From: Bdellovibrionales bacterium | GTDB lineage: Bacteria; Bdellovibrionota; Bdellovibrionia; Bdellovibrionales; CAYMLA01 | Length of the DNA: 64,000 nucleotides | Direction: 5' to 3' | NCBI GenBank assembly: GCA_965217115.1 | Contig: OZ244239.1 | Location: 1,824,001 to 1,888,000, forward strand | Shown here: positions 1-10,088 of the stretch, piece after piece | Layout of the letters: each line of letters opens with the position of its first letter | Numbering within the stretch: the first letter of the stretch is position 1 | Translations under genes and position numbers: made by a program | The notes under the pieces: generated by a model | The model's database searches: none | The model's input: the letters and a program-made list of their open reading frames with translations, nothing else | What the model was told of the DNA's origin: nothing

Positions 1-191
1 TGGCATTGAGAGTTGATTTAAGAGGGGTTTTGTACAGTGGTCCCAATCCTCTCAAAGGACCTGCTTTTGGAGGTGAATCTAATAAGAGAAGGCCTCCACA
101 TAGGGGATCTAGTAACTTAAGTTCAGAAGATTTTGAATCCCAGTTAATTTTTTCAACTCTTCTCTCTGTGGGTATGGTTTATCGTTTTTAG
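1..191 (+). CDS. 3' end of an outer-membrane beta-barrel protein (GltA/GltB-like), truncated by the window edge
   Basis: Frame open from the window start. Ends in an amphipathic strand with terminal Phe (LSVGMVYRF), a BamA-type signal. Stops 7 nt before the next barrel gene. Confidence 0.6.
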   Translation, partial: ALRVDLRGVLYSGPNPLKGPAFGGESNKRRPPHRGSSNLSSEDFESQLIFSTLLSVGMVYRF

Positions 192-198
192 GTAGGTA

Positions 199-888
199 AT
201 GACAATGAAGATTTTGCTGAAAATATTTTTTTTACTGAGTCTATCAATTCTATTGAATGTCTCTGCGTTGGGAGCAGAACTGAAGAGATTGGGTGATTTG
301 GCTCCCTATGAAAACATTGCTGTTTTACAGAAAAAATATCTTCCCAAGACAGAGAGATTTGAACTTTTTGTTGGAGCTTCAAATTTAATGAATGACACAT
401 TCTTTTTGACGGCTGGGTTATCAGCAAGGATAGCCTATCATTTTTCAGAGCAATATGCCTTAGAGGGAAGTTTAGGGTTCTTTACGAGTGAGAATAGAGA
501 GGTTGTGGGTGATCTCACAGATGGTGGTGTAGAAACAATCGAATATGTAACAAGTCGTCAGTATTATGGATTGAATGGAAGATGGTCTCCCATATATGGA
601 AAAATAAGTTATTTAGGACGAAAAATAGTGCCCTATGAAATCTACTTCACAGGGGGGGGTGGGATAACAAAGACAAGCCGGGATTACAATGAGATTTCGG
701 CGAATATTGGAATAGGGCAGATGTTTGCGATATCCAAGAGATGGGCCATTAAATGGGATTTTAATTACACTGCATATAATGGGCGGTATATTAATGAGAA
801 AACTTTAGAAAAGAGGTCTCAACTTGTTAATAATGTTTTTCTCTCTGTCGGAGTGAGTGTGTTTTTTCCGGAGGCGACATACAGATGA
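199..888 (+). CDS. Outer-membrane beta-barrel protein, GltA/GltB-like gliding component
   Basis: Signal peptide, alternating beta strands, 'WSPIYGK' motif and C-terminal 'SVGVSVFFP'. Sits in a glt operon context. Confidence 0.75.
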   Translation: MTMKILLKIFFLLSLSILLNVSALGAELKRLGDLAPYENIAVLQKKYLPKTERFELFVGASNLMNDTFFLTAGLSARIAYHFSEQYALEGSLGFFTSENREVVGDLTDGGVETIEYVTSRQYYGLNGRWSPIYGKISYLGRKIVPYEIYFTGGGGITKTSRDYNEISANIGIGQMFAISKRWAIKWDFNYTAYNGRYINEKTLEKRSQLVNNVFLSVGVSVFFPEATYR

Positions 889-2552
889 TAAAAATAAATA
901 TTTTTCTTCTAATTTCATTGATGATTTTACCTTTACGGGCTGAAAAATCGACGTTGTTAGGTGATGATGTCTTTGGTACTAAGATCATCCAATGGGAGAA
1001 AGGTTACGAAGTCGCAAAGAAGAAAATACGTAAAAAGAAGCGCACCTCTCGATCAAAAAAAGTAAAGAGAGCAAGAAGCAGAAAGAAAGGAAAGAAATAC
1101 TCCCGTCTGTTCAGAGTGCATTTGGGAAAAGCTGTTAGATTTGCTAAAGCAGAAAATTACAGTTCGGCCTCTAAGATATTTTTTAGGCTAAGTCGAAATC
1201 CTCGCTATCGTTCTGAACGGATTCAGCTTAAGTACCTACTTGGTTTAATGTTCTATGAAATGGGTCTTAGGCAGACGGCGGCCTTTCAGTTTGTTGAGGT
1301 CGTAAAGGCTGGTGAGAGTAAATATTTAAAACAAAGTTTAGAAAAACTGTCTTTAGCGGCAGGCGCATTAGGTGATAGTACTCTTTTAAATTATGCGATA
1401 TCCAAAGTAAGGGTGAGAAACTTCCCTAAAGAGCATAGAGATATGCTGAATTTCCGTATTGGTGAATACAAAGAGAATGCTAAAAATCATTCGGATGCAG
1501 CCAAGTATTTCTCTAAAGTGAGTTCTAGGAGCCCTTTGTATTTTAAAGCTAAGTACAATCAAGCTTTGTCTTACGCAGAACAGGGCAAGATCAATCAAGC
1601 TATTAAGGTCTTTAATTATATGGGTAATACAAGAGTGAATAAAGGGGGTAATGATCCCATACGAACTCTGGCATTGTTATCTAAGGCACGGTTGTATTAT
1701 CAAGGTAAAAAATGGAATAAAGCTATAGAGGCATACAGAGAGGTGCCTCGTGATACGCCAGAGTGGCATAAAGCCATGTTTGAATCTTCTTGGGCAATGC
1801 TTAGAACAGCTCGTTTTCGTTCAGCTTTGAGTAATTTTCACACGCTCCACTCGCCTTACTACACAGACGTCTACCAACCAGAGTCGTTTCTTCTACGTGC
1901 AATTATCTATTTATATATTTGTAAATATGATGAGATGAAAAAAGTTTTAGTGCAATTTGATGAAATCTACGGTCCGATAAGAAAGAGCATTGCTCGTTTT
2001 TTCAATAATAACAAGATTTCTTCATCTTATTTAGATGAGTTAAAGAGAGCTTATAAAACCCATAAATATCAAAAACTTAAGAAAAATGGATTGCCCTACA
2101 TATTGGGAAAAAAGCTTCTACAAGAGCCTGATATTCAAAAATCTCTAGATTACTTAAATAAAATAGAAGGTGAGGGAGAAAAAATTAAATCCATGACGGC
2201 AAGTTGGGGAAAGTCTTCAGTAGGGGTTTATGCAAAGAAAATATTATCTTTGAGAATAGAAAATGCGAAGAAAAAATTAGGTAAGAAAGTCAGAGCTTAT
2301 CTTATTCGCTATAAGGTAGAGTTAAGGGATTTTGAAGAGCAAGCAGGTTTTATTCGCTATGAAATGATTAATGGCCGTAAAGATTCATTAAAGAAGAGGA
2401 TTGCGGGCAAGGGCATTGGAATCTCTATTGAAAAAGACAAGAAAAGAGATTTTTATGTTCAAAATGGTTATGAATTCTGGCCATTCCAGGGTGAATATTG
2501 GTTAGATGAAATTGGGAACTATCACTATGTAGGAACTCAGAGCTGTGAATAG
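885..2552 (+). CDS. gltC: TPR protein, GltC-like gliding motility protein
   Basis: Signal peptide and TPR repeats. C-terminal 'YEFWPFQGEYWLDEIGNY...C' is typical of GltC-like proteins. ATGA overlap with the upstream gene. Confidence 0.7.
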   Translation: MIKINIFLLISLMILPLRAEKSTLLGDDVFGTKIIQWEKGYEVAKKKIRKKKRTSRSKKVKRARSRKKGKKYSRLFRVHLGKAVRFAKAENYSSASKIFFRLSRNPRYRSERIQLKYLLGLMFYEMGLRQTAAFQFVEVVKAGESKYLKQSLEKLSLAAGALGDSTLLNYAISKVRVRNFPKEHRDMLNFRIGEYKENAKNHSDAAKYFSKVSSRSPLYFKAKYNQALSYAEQGKINQAIKVFNYMGNTRVNKGGNDPIRTLALLSKARLYYQGKKWNKAIEAYREVPRDTPEWHKAMFESSWAMLRTARFRSALSNFHTLHSPYYTDVYQPESFLLRAIIYLYICKYDEMKKVLVQFDEIYGPIRKSIARFFNNNKISSSYLDELKRAYKTHKYQKLKKNGLPYILGKKLLQEPDIQKSLDYLNKIEGEGEKIKSMTASWGKSSVGVYAKKILSLRIENAKKKLGKKVRAYLIRYKVELRDFEEQAGFIRYEMINGRKDSLKKRIAGKGIGISIEKDKKRDFYVQNGYEFWPFQGEYWLDEIGNYHYVGTQSCE

Positions 2553-5500
2553 CAGGGAGAACGCCTTTCTTATTAAAGGTTCCGTGATTATTTTGTCACT
2601 GATATGCTTTAAGACGACAGCTGCCGTGTCACAGCAAACCGTTGGGGACTTGCTCAGTGGAGTTGGTTATCGAGATAGAGGAGAGCGTTTTAACAAGAAA
2701 TCTGCACGTAAGAGTCGAACGTCAGTGCCAAAATTTCATATTCCTGTAAGAAAAGTGAAGAAATTTAATTTAAGAGCTATTAAGCCACCGAAAACAAATC
2801 ACTTGCGTTATTCGTCTAATAAAAACTTGTTTGAGTTAGAAAAAATTACAGACAGTGGAATCAAAGAATTATTTTTACTAGTGAGAAAGTTTAAGAACAG
2901 TCGTAATCGAGGGGAGTTATGGCTACGTTTAGCTGAGCTTTACAATGAAAAAGCGAAGCTTGTTGAGTTCCGTTTACAGGATGAATACGATCTTAAGTTA
3001 AAAGAGTTTTTTGCAAAAAAAAGGAAAAGAAAACCTCAATTAAATCTTAAATTTTCTAATCAATACTACAAGAAATCAATTAATTTATATGAGCTGCATT
3101 TGAGGGATTTTAAGAAGAGCAAGAAGCGAGATCAGGTTCTTTACTATTTGGGGACAAATTATTTCCAAATGAGTCAGTTTAAAAAGGGTTCTCAATATTA
3201 TAAGCAATTATCAAAAGAACACCCAAAAAGTCTCTATATCTCTGAAGCTCAATTTCATTTAGGAGAGTATCATTTTGAAAACGAAAGCTGGAAGAAGGCA
3301 CTTTATTATTTCAAGAAAGTTCTGAGAAGAAGAAGATCAAGGCTCTATTCCTTTTCTTTATATAAAGCCTCTTGGTGTTTGTTCCGGGAAGGACATATTA
3401 GTAAAGCATTAAAAGGGATGGAAGAGCTCGTTCTTCTCAAAGGACTAAGAAGATCAGTTAAAAAATTACGTTTGAGTAAGGAAGGGCTTAAAGATTTGAT
3501 TGTTTTTTATGCTGAAAGTGGTGATTATCGTCGGGCGATTGAATTTTACAAGATGCATGCAAAAGGGAGAGCGAATAAATATTTGGAGAGGCTGGCTTAT
3601 ATCTACGCAGATAAAGGTTCTAGAAAAGCGGCTCAAAAAGTCTTTAAAACTCTTATTAAGGACAATCCCAATAGCCACAAAGCCTTTGATTATCAGTATC
3701 AAATTGTTTTGGGGTACTCCAATTCATCTAAGTCTAGGCTGTTTCGCGAAGAGCTGTTTTCTTGGATAAAGACCTATGGAAAGAATGAAAGTTGGTATAG
3801 AGCTAATAATAATAATAAAAATAAGGAAATGCTCCAAAGAACAGAGGCACTCATTGAATTAACTTTGAGGAATTATGTTTTAAGGGAGCATCAAGCAGCG
3901 CAAAATTCTCGCACGAGTTTTTCGAAAAAACTTGCAGAAAGTGCTTACAAAAAATACCTGAACCATTATGGGAATTCTAAGTATGGACTTGAAATGTATT
4001 TTTTCTATGGTGAGTTACTTTATGACTCCAAAAAATACGAACAAGCAGCTGAGAAATATGAATATGTTGCTAAGTCTAAGGAGGGGAATAAGTATAACAA
4101 ACAAGCGGCTGACAATTATATTCTCTCTTTGGAGAGAGGACTTCCTTCTGACCAGAAGATTCAATCTAAAGTGGGAGAATCTCTAGAGCCAATAAAGTTT
4201 GATTCTCAAGGCGTGAAATTTGAAAAAGGTTCTAGGTGGTTTTTGAAGAATTATCCCCAGAGCAGAAAACATCAAGGTATTATGTTTCGACTGGGAAGGC
4301 TTTATTATTTACATAACCAGTTTAATCAAGCGATAAAGATGTTTAAACAGATTATAGAAAAATACCCCAAAACAAAATACACTGAGTATTCAGCTAATTT
4401 ATTATTAGATATATATAATTTACGTGGTGATTATAAGGGATTAGAAAAGGTCGGGAAAGAGTTATTGAAAAGCCCTTACCTGAAAAAATCCTCTGTTGGA
4501 GTGGTGGTAAAGCGGATTATTGAGAAAGCTTCTTTTAAAACAGCTCAAAGGTTAGAAGAATCCAAAGAGTATCTAAAGAGTGCGGAAATGTTTTCTAAGT
4601 TTGCACGTAATAATACTAAATCTTCGTTGTCTGTATTTGCTCGATTCAATGCCGGAATTAATTATACGAGAGCAGGTGCATTGCTAGAGGGCGTAGAGAT
4701 GTATCTATTGACCCTTAAAACATCGTCAAAGAAGAAGAATAAAAAGTTAAGACAGAAAGTTCGTCAAGAGTTGGCAATATTGTATTCTGATTTAGGTGAT
4801 TATGAAAGAGCGGCTATGAATTTTGAATACTTGGGAGAAATGATAGAGAAAGTTTCTAGAGACAAGGCCGTTGATTACTATTTTAATGCAGCTGTTATTT
4901 GGGACGGTTTTAAGTATTGGACAAAAGCTTTAAAGAACTATGATGCCTATTTACGCTTGTCTAGAAAAAGCGAGAAAAAACAGGCTTATTATCTCAAGGG
5001 AGAGATATATAGAAAGCGTAGGAGCTGGACTCTAGCTGCTCAGGCTTATGGGAAGTATTTGCGCGTAAAAGCAGAGGGTTTGCCTAAGGCTATGGAGGTT
5101 CAATACAAATTGATGCAAATCTATAAAAAATTAAAAAAAGAGCAAACATGGAAATATTGGAGAAGGCAAGTCGTACAGACACTGAAGGAATCTAATTCTC
5201 AGGCTGATATTGTTTGGGGAGTTAGATCAAAATTAGAAATCAGCAGTGAGAAATTAGCAAAATTAAAAAGTATTAAAATCCCAAGAGGCTCTCGACAGCA
5301 GAAGGTGGTTGGCAAGAAGCTTTCTTTGTTGTCCAGTTTGAACAAGGATTTAGAGCATATTGTGGGGTTGAATCATCCAGAGGGGATTGTTGGGGCATTA
5401 GGGATAGCGGGGGCTGCTCACCAACACATGGCTAAAGCTTTTCAATTGGCTCCGTTACCTAAGGGCTTGACCCGTAAAGAACAAAAACAATATCGTAAGG

Positions 5501-5709
5501 GAATCTATGGTAAATTTGTTCAACCTCAGTTGAATAAATCTATTCAGAGCTTTCGCTCGTCTGTAGATAAAGGGATCTCTTTGGATGAGTTTTCGGAATG
5601 GTATTATTTATCTAAGAGATCTTTGAGTAAATTGGTTCCAAAGGGCAATAGAGCAAATTTTTTAAAGCCTTATTATTTTCCTTTTAAAAAGGACAAGCTG
5701 AAATTATGA
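2545..5709 (+). CDS. gltD: Large TPR protein, GltD/AgmU-like
   Basis: 1054 aa with many TPRs ('LWLRLAELY', 'EAQFHLGEYHF', 'LYKASWC'). Lies between the gltC-like and gltE-like genes. Confidence 0.7.
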   Translation: MNSRENAFLIKGSVIILSLICFKTTAAVSQQTVGDLLSGVGYRDRGERFNKKSARKSRTSVPKFHIPVRKVKKFNLRAIKPPKTNHLRYSSNKNLFELEKITDSGIKELFLLVRKFKNSRNRGELWLRLAELYNEKAKLVEFRLQDEYDLKLKEFFAKKRKRKPQLNLKFSNQYYKKSINLYELHLRDFKKSKKRDQVLYYLGTNYFQMSQFKKGSQYYKQLSKEHPKSLYISEAQFHLGEYHFENESWKKALYYFKKVLRRRRSRLYSFSLYKASWCLFREGHISKALKGMEELVLLKGLRRSVKKLRLSKEGLKDLIVFYAESGDYRRAIEFYKMHAKGRANKYLERLAYIYADKGSRKAAQKVFKTLIKDNPNSHKAFDYQYQIVLGYSNSSKSRLFREELFSWIKTYGKNESWYRANNNNKNKEMLQRTEALIELTLRNYVLREHQAAQNSRTSFSKKLAESAYKKYLNHYGNSKYGLEMYFFYGELLYDSKKYEQAAEKYEYVAKSKEGNKYNKQAADNYILSLERGLPSDQKIQSKVGESLEPIKFDSQGVKFEKGSRWFLKNYPQSRKHQGIMFRLGRLYYLHNQFNQAIKMFKQIIEKYPKTKYTEYSANLLLDIYNLRGDYKGLEKVGKELLKSPYLKKSSVGVVVKRIIEKASFKTAQRLEESKEYLKSAEMFSKFARNNTKSSLSVFARFNAGINYTRAGALLEGVEMYLLTLKTSSKKKNKKLRQKVRQELAILYSDLGDYERAAMNFEYLGEMIEKVSRDKAVDYYFNAAVIWDGFKYWTKALKNYDAYLRLSRKSEKKQAYYLKGEIYRKRRSWTLAAQAYGKYLRVKAEGLPKAMEVQYKLMQIYKKLKKEQTWKYWRRQVVQTLKESNSQADIVWGVRSKLEISSEKLAKLKSIKIPRGSRQQKVVGKKLSLLSSLNKDLEHIVGLNHPEGIVGALGIAGAAHQHMAKAFQLAPLPKGLTRKEQKQYRKGIYGKFVQPQLNKSIQSFRSSVDKGISLDEFSEWYYLSKRSLSKLVPKGNRANFLKPYYFPFKKDKLKL

Positions 5710-6539
5710 AAAAGAAAGTATTTAGGGTTTATTTAAGTTTTTCTATACATTGTTTAGTCATTCTGGGCCTTGTTGGTTGCTCTGGGGTTAAGATTAAAAA
5801 AATCAAGATCGGATTTCAAAAGAGAGCGAAGGTAGTTAGGGATTCATATCAGAAAAAAAGTGGGCATGTTGAGAGAAGATACAAGAAGCTTTCAGAAGCC
5901 TACAATAAGAAAAGTGAAGCTGATTTTATAAAAGAAGTTAGGACTTCATTGAGTAAGAACAAGAAAGACCTGAAAGCACTTAATTTACTAGCAATATATC
6001 ATTTAAATAAAAGAAGGTTTGGACTGGCCAGAACTATTTTTGCCAGGGCTTTAGGGAGTCATCCCAGGTCTTCGGCAATTCACAATAATTTAGGAGTAAT
6101 TAATTTATTAGAAAAAAAACGCAAAAAAGCTATTAAGAGTTTTAAGAAAGCTATTAATGAGGATTCAAATAATTTTTCCGCGATCATGAATTTGGCGACT
6201 ATTTATATACAGAATGATTCCTACGAAAAAGCGGAGAAACTTTTGAAAAGAGCTTATAGAGAAAAACCAAAAAACTTAGAGGTTTTAACCTATTATAGTT
6301 TGGTTTTATCAGAGACCAAGGACTTTAGTCGAGCAAAGAAGATTTATAAAAAGGCTCTTAGTCTAGGAGCAGGTTTAGAAAATCATATTAATTATGCGAT
6401 TTTATTGGTTGATAGTATGTCTGATAGTAAGATGGGGTTAGTGGAGATTAAGAAAATTAAATTAAAAACTCTGAATTCTCGGCAGAGAAAATTATTAAGC
6501 AACTTGGAGAAAAGATCCTTAAGTGGATTGAAGAGGTAA
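5706..6539 (+). CDS. gltE: TPR lipoprotein, GltE/AglT-like
   Basis: Lipobox LVGC, TPRs ('IHNNLGV', 'AIMNLA') and operon position. Confidence 0.65.
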   Translation: MKKKVFRVYLSFSIHCLVILGLVGCSGVKIKKIKIGFQKRAKVVRDSYQKKSGHVERRYKKLSEAYNKKSEADFIKEVRTSLSKNKKDLKALNLLAIYHLNKRRFGLARTIFARALGSHPRSSAIHNNLGVINLLEKKRKKAIKSFKKAINEDSNNFSAIMNLATIYIQNDSYEKAEKLLKRAYREKPKNLEVLTYYSLVLSETKDFSRAKKIYKKALSLGAGLENHINYAILLVDSMSDSKMGLVEIKKIKLKTLNSRQRKLLSNLEKRSLSGLKR

Positions 6540-6545
6540 GGAATT

Positions 6546-6803
6546 ATGAAATTTATATTTTATTTAATTTTAATAATGCCCTTTTTTGCAACAGTGTCCT
6601 ATGGGCAAAGTGAGGGAGAGAATGAAGCTCGCAAAGAAGCCCTCTCTTTTGACGATGAATTGATCCAAGGTTCATCGCAAAAACCAGAGTTGTTTTATTT
6701 ATTACAGAAAAAGAGATTTAATTATAAGCGATTGATACGGCTTAGATCAAATTTTTTACCTGAGATGAGAAAAGCAACGGAGAGTGTGAATTTTAAAAAG
6801 TAA
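6546..6803 (+). CDS. gltF: Small secreted protein, GltF-like
   Basis: 85 aa with a signal peptide and 'SFDDELIQG...KPE...LIRLRSNFLPEM' motif. Lies between gltE-like and gltG-like genes. Confidence 0.65.
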   Translation: MKFIFYLILIMPFFATVSYGQSEGENEARKEALSFDDELIQGSSQKPELFYLLQKKRFNYKRLIRLRSNFLPEMRKATESVNFKK

Positions 6804-6854
6804 TGTGATTGAGAGGAACCAACAAAAGAGTGTGCATCTTAGAAGGAAGCGTGA

Positions 6855-8900
6855 TTGAAGAAACCTATTGTAATTAAGATTTTTGATGAAAAAGGTCATC
6901 TTGTCGAAGTTAGACAATTTGATAAGGATCAAATCGTTTTTGGTCATCAGGGTGAAGTTGATCTTGATTTAGAAAGCTCTGAAGTAGCTCCTATTCATGC
7001 GCTTATTGAAAAGAGGGAAGGCAGCTATTTTCTTTGTGATTTAGGGTCTCAGAGTGGAACTCTTCTTAATGGTAAAAATATTCTAGATGAAGCCATACAA
7101 GATGGGGATAAGATACAAATAGGCCCCTATCGGATGGAATTCTACATTGGTTTGTCTAAGAAAACAGAAGCCACGACGCAGAAAGACGATTCTGAAGCAC
7201 TTCCTCCTCCGATACCTCAGTCTGATAGTGAAGCTTATGGTTCTTCTAAAAAAGATTCAAAGGAGAATAAATATAAAGGGGCATTAAAGCTTCCCGGAAA
7301 ATGGGAAGAGCCCCCTAAGGTTGCTTCAGAGCCTCTTGAGAAAGGCCCGAAGTATAAAGAACAGAAACGACACACACCTGGAACTTTTGCTCCGCCGAGC
7401 GCTTACAAGAGTGTGAAAGATTTTATTCGAGGAGAAAAGGGGAGTGTCGTTGAAGTTCTTGTTGTTTGGCAGGAAAGAATCTTAGAGAGTTATCATTTTT
7501 CGAAGAGACAAGTAGTTAGAATAGGAACCTCAGAGAGTAATGATATCGTTGTTCCTTTGGGGAGTGGTAATAAGACACAGCCTTTTTTGAAAGTGAATAA
7601 TGGGGTTGTAGTGTGCTTAACTTCTGACATGAAAGGAGAGGTTGTTAGTGGGAATAAATCCCAGAGTTTACTTGAGTTATCTAAAAGTGAGAAGATAGAT
7701 AAAAGTGGGAAGTATTATCAATTAAATTTGCAGCAAGGGCAGATGGCATGTATTGAGGTTTCTGCAGGGGGAGTTTCTCTTTACGTACGTTACACTGCAG
7801 AAATGCCGACGCCTATTTTAGCTCCACCACTTGCAATGACTCTGAGTGAAATTACAGGAACTGTTTTATCCTTTGTTCTCGTTGGACTGTTGGCTCTCTA
7901 CATGTTGGTTTATAGCCCAGAGAAGATCATAGAAGAAGAAGATAAAAACCAAATTAGGATTGCTAAGTTTATTTATAAAGCACCTGAAAAGCCTCTGCCG
8001 AAGCTTGAAAAAGTTGTTTTAAAAAAGAAGGTAAGAAAAAAGGTTTTAAAAAAGGTACATGTAAAGAAAAGAGCTAAAAAAGTAAAAAGAAAGAAGAAAA
8101 AAATTAAAATATCAGGTCGTTCGAATTCAAAAAGGAAATTGAAGAAGGGCAAGGCCGCTAAAGTTAGGAAATTCAAAACGAAAAGAAAACGGCCTAAGAA
8201 GTTTACTTCATCTAAATCAGGTGGAGGAGTGAAGTTAGGAAAAAAAGCTGGTGCGGGAGCAAAGAGCCGCAAGAAGGATATAAGCAAGCTTGGGTTGTTT
8301 AGTGCTTTTGGTAATAAAGGAACAAGAGAAAAATTGGATAAGAGTTACTCAGGAGCAGGTGGATTATTAGGATTGGCAGATAAAGCAACGGGAGCATCAG
8401 GAAGCTCTGAATCGAGGGCAGGTCAAGATGTGGGGACAAAATTGAAATCAACTGGTGCTGCTGGTAAAGGCATTGCTGTACAGGGTATAGCCAAAGTTGG
8501 AACTAAAGGGCGCTCTAGTGGGCATTCAGGTTATGGCCGTGCATCATTAGGAAGTAAAAAATCGATGCAAATCACGCCTGGAGGACAGGAAGAGAGGTTT
8601 GTTGGTTCCATTGATCGAGAAGCTGTTCGTCGAGTGGTGCGTGCGGGATTGTCGGCGATTCGCTCTTGCTATGAAAGGGCTCTGAACAGAAAGAGTGGAT
8701 TGAGTGGAAAAATTGTTATGCAATGGTCAATTGTGGAGCATGGAAGAGCGACAAAAGCTATTATTAAATCGAGCACTTTGAACGATAAAAAGATGCAGAA
8801 ATGTATGAAGAATAGGCTTTTAACTTGGAAATTCCCATATCCTCCTCAGGGATCATATGCGGAAGTGACATACCCATTTGTGTTTAATAGCTCTAGGTAG
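6855..8900 (+). CDS. gltG: FHA domain + TM + TonB-like (AgmX/PglI) C-terminal domain protein, GltG-like
   Basis: N-terminal FHA ('HALIE...DLGSQSGTLLNG'), one TM helix, a Lys/Gly-rich linker and C-terminal 'IRSCYERAL...FPYP...VTYPFVF'. TTG start. Confidence 0.75.
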   Translation: MKKPIVIKIFDEKGHLVEVRQFDKDQIVFGHQGEVDLDLESSEVAPIHALIEKREGSYFLCDLGSQSGTLLNGKNILDEAIQDGDKIQIGPYRMEFYIGLSKKTEATTQKDDSEALPPPIPQSDSEAYGSSKKDSKENKYKGALKLPGKWEEPPKVASEPLEKGPKYKEQKRHTPGTFAPPSAYKSVKDFIRGEKGSVVEVLVVWQERILESYHFSKRQVVRIGTSESNDIVVPLGSGNKTQPFLKVNNGVVVCLTSDMKGEVVSGNKSQSLLELSKSEKIDKSGKYYQLNLQQGQMACIEVSAGGVSLYVRYTAEMPTPILAPPLAMTLSEITGTVLSFVLVGLLALYMLVYSPEKIIEEEDKNQIRIAKFIYKAPEKPLPKLEKVVLKKKVRKKVLKKVHVKKRAKKVKRKKKKIKISGRSNSKRKLKKGKAAKVRKFKTKRKRPKKFTSSKSGGGVKLGKKAGAGAKSRKKDISKLGLFSAFGNKGTREKLDKSYSGAGGLLGLADKATGASGSSESRAGQDVGTKLKSTGAAGKGIAVQGIAKVGTKGRSSGHSGYGRASLGSKKSMQITPGGQEERFVGSIDREAVRRVVRAGLSAIRSCYERALNRKSGLSGKIVMQWSIVEHGRATKAIIKSSTLNDKKMQKCMKNRLLTWKFPYPPQGSYAEVTYPFVFNSSR

Positions 8901-8943
8901 AGTTAAAATATATGAGTAGGCGTTAACAACAGGGAGAAAAACA

Positions 8944-9606
8944 GTGGAAGAAAATACTATAGAACAAACACATTGGATAGTGAGGTCTTTTGTTGAAGGG
9001 GGACCAGTCATGTATGCGATTGCTCTTTTTGGCATTCTGACGGTGATGCTGATTTTAGAGCGCTTTTTTAAATTGAGAAATTTAACAATTGATAAAGATG
9101 AGTTGAATAATAATATTTATTCGATGATTTTGCGTGGTGATGTTAGACAAGCGATTGCCTATTGTGATGGAAAGCCAGCTCCCCTGACTAATACACTAAA
9201 AGCAGGGATGGTAGCTTTACTTAACAAGCGCCCTGACGAAGAGATTCAGGTGGCTATGGACGCCTGTGTTTTGAGAGAGTCTCCTAAGTTTGAAGGGTGG
9301 TCAGGGTTTCTGGCTGTGTTTGGTAATGTCGCTGTTTTGTCAGGACTGTTAGGGACAATTATGGGTATGATCACTTCATTTAGAGCGGTGGCAACGGCTG
9401 ATCCAGCTCAAAAGGCGGAGGAATTATCAAGAGGTATCTCCCATGCTTTGAACTGTACGGCTTTTGGGTTGTTAGTGGCGATTTTGGCGATCGTTAGCTA
9501 CGGTTGGTTTCAAGTGCAGATATCACGTGGAGAAAATGATCTGCATGAAAGTAGTATGAGTTTAATGAACTTGGTTGCTTCTAATCGAGATAAAATTAAG
9601 GGTTAG
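8944..9606 (+). CDS. aglR: MotA/TolQ/ExbB proton channel, AglR-like
   Basis: Three TMs, 'GLLGTIMGMITSF' and 'GISHALNCTAFGL'. Confidence 0.85.
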   Translation: MEENTIEQTHWIVRSFVEGGPVMYAIALFGILTVMLILERFFKLRNLTIDKDELNNNIYSMILRGDVRQAIAYCDGKPAPLTNTLKAGMVALLNKRPDEEIQVAMDACVLRESPKFEGWSGFLAVFGNVAVLSGLLGTIMGMITSFRAVATADPAQKAEELSRGISHALNCTAFGLLVAILAIVSYGWFQVQISRGENDLHESSMSLMNLVASNRDKIKG

Positions 9607-9614
9607 TATTAACG

Positions 9615-10088
9615 ATGGGACAGAATGAAACTGGCGGCAGAGGTCGTCGTAAAGCTAATTTAGAACTTAATTTGATACCTATCATTGATTTAATGAGTGT
9701 GTTGATAACATTCTTGTTAATTACGGCGGTTTGGACACAGGTTTCGATGTTACAAATTGGAAGTTCTGTTTATGGCAAAAGATCAGATACTGAGAAAGTG
9801 AAGCCACCACCTGATGCAGGGATCGTTCTGAGACTAGATATTAAGCGTAAAAGCTATATTTTAACAGTGGGGAAGAAAAAATATTTTCTTGCAAAGGTGA
9901 GTGGCAAATATGATAGAGAGGGTCTAGCAAAAAAATTAGAAGGGGTTAAGAAGCGTTATCCTAAAAAAACTGACGTCGCATTGAGTATGTCTGATGATTT
10001 GGCCTATCATAATTTAATTAATGGAATGGATGTTTTACTGAATTCTGGTTTTGTGCAGATAGCAATTGCTACAGGGGGGCCTGAATAA
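9615..10088 (+). CDS. aglQ: ExbD/TolR family protein, AglQ-like
   Basis: 'LNLIPIIDLMSVLITFLL' TM with the conserved Asp. Confidence 0.75.
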   Translation: MGQNETGGRGRRKANLELNLIPIIDLMSVLITFLLITAVWTQVSMLQIGSSVYGKRSDTEKVKPPPDAGIVLRLDIKRKSYILTVGKKKYFLAKVSGKYDREGLAKKLEGVKKRYPKKTDVALSMSDDLAYHNLINGMDVLLNSGFVQIAIATGGPE

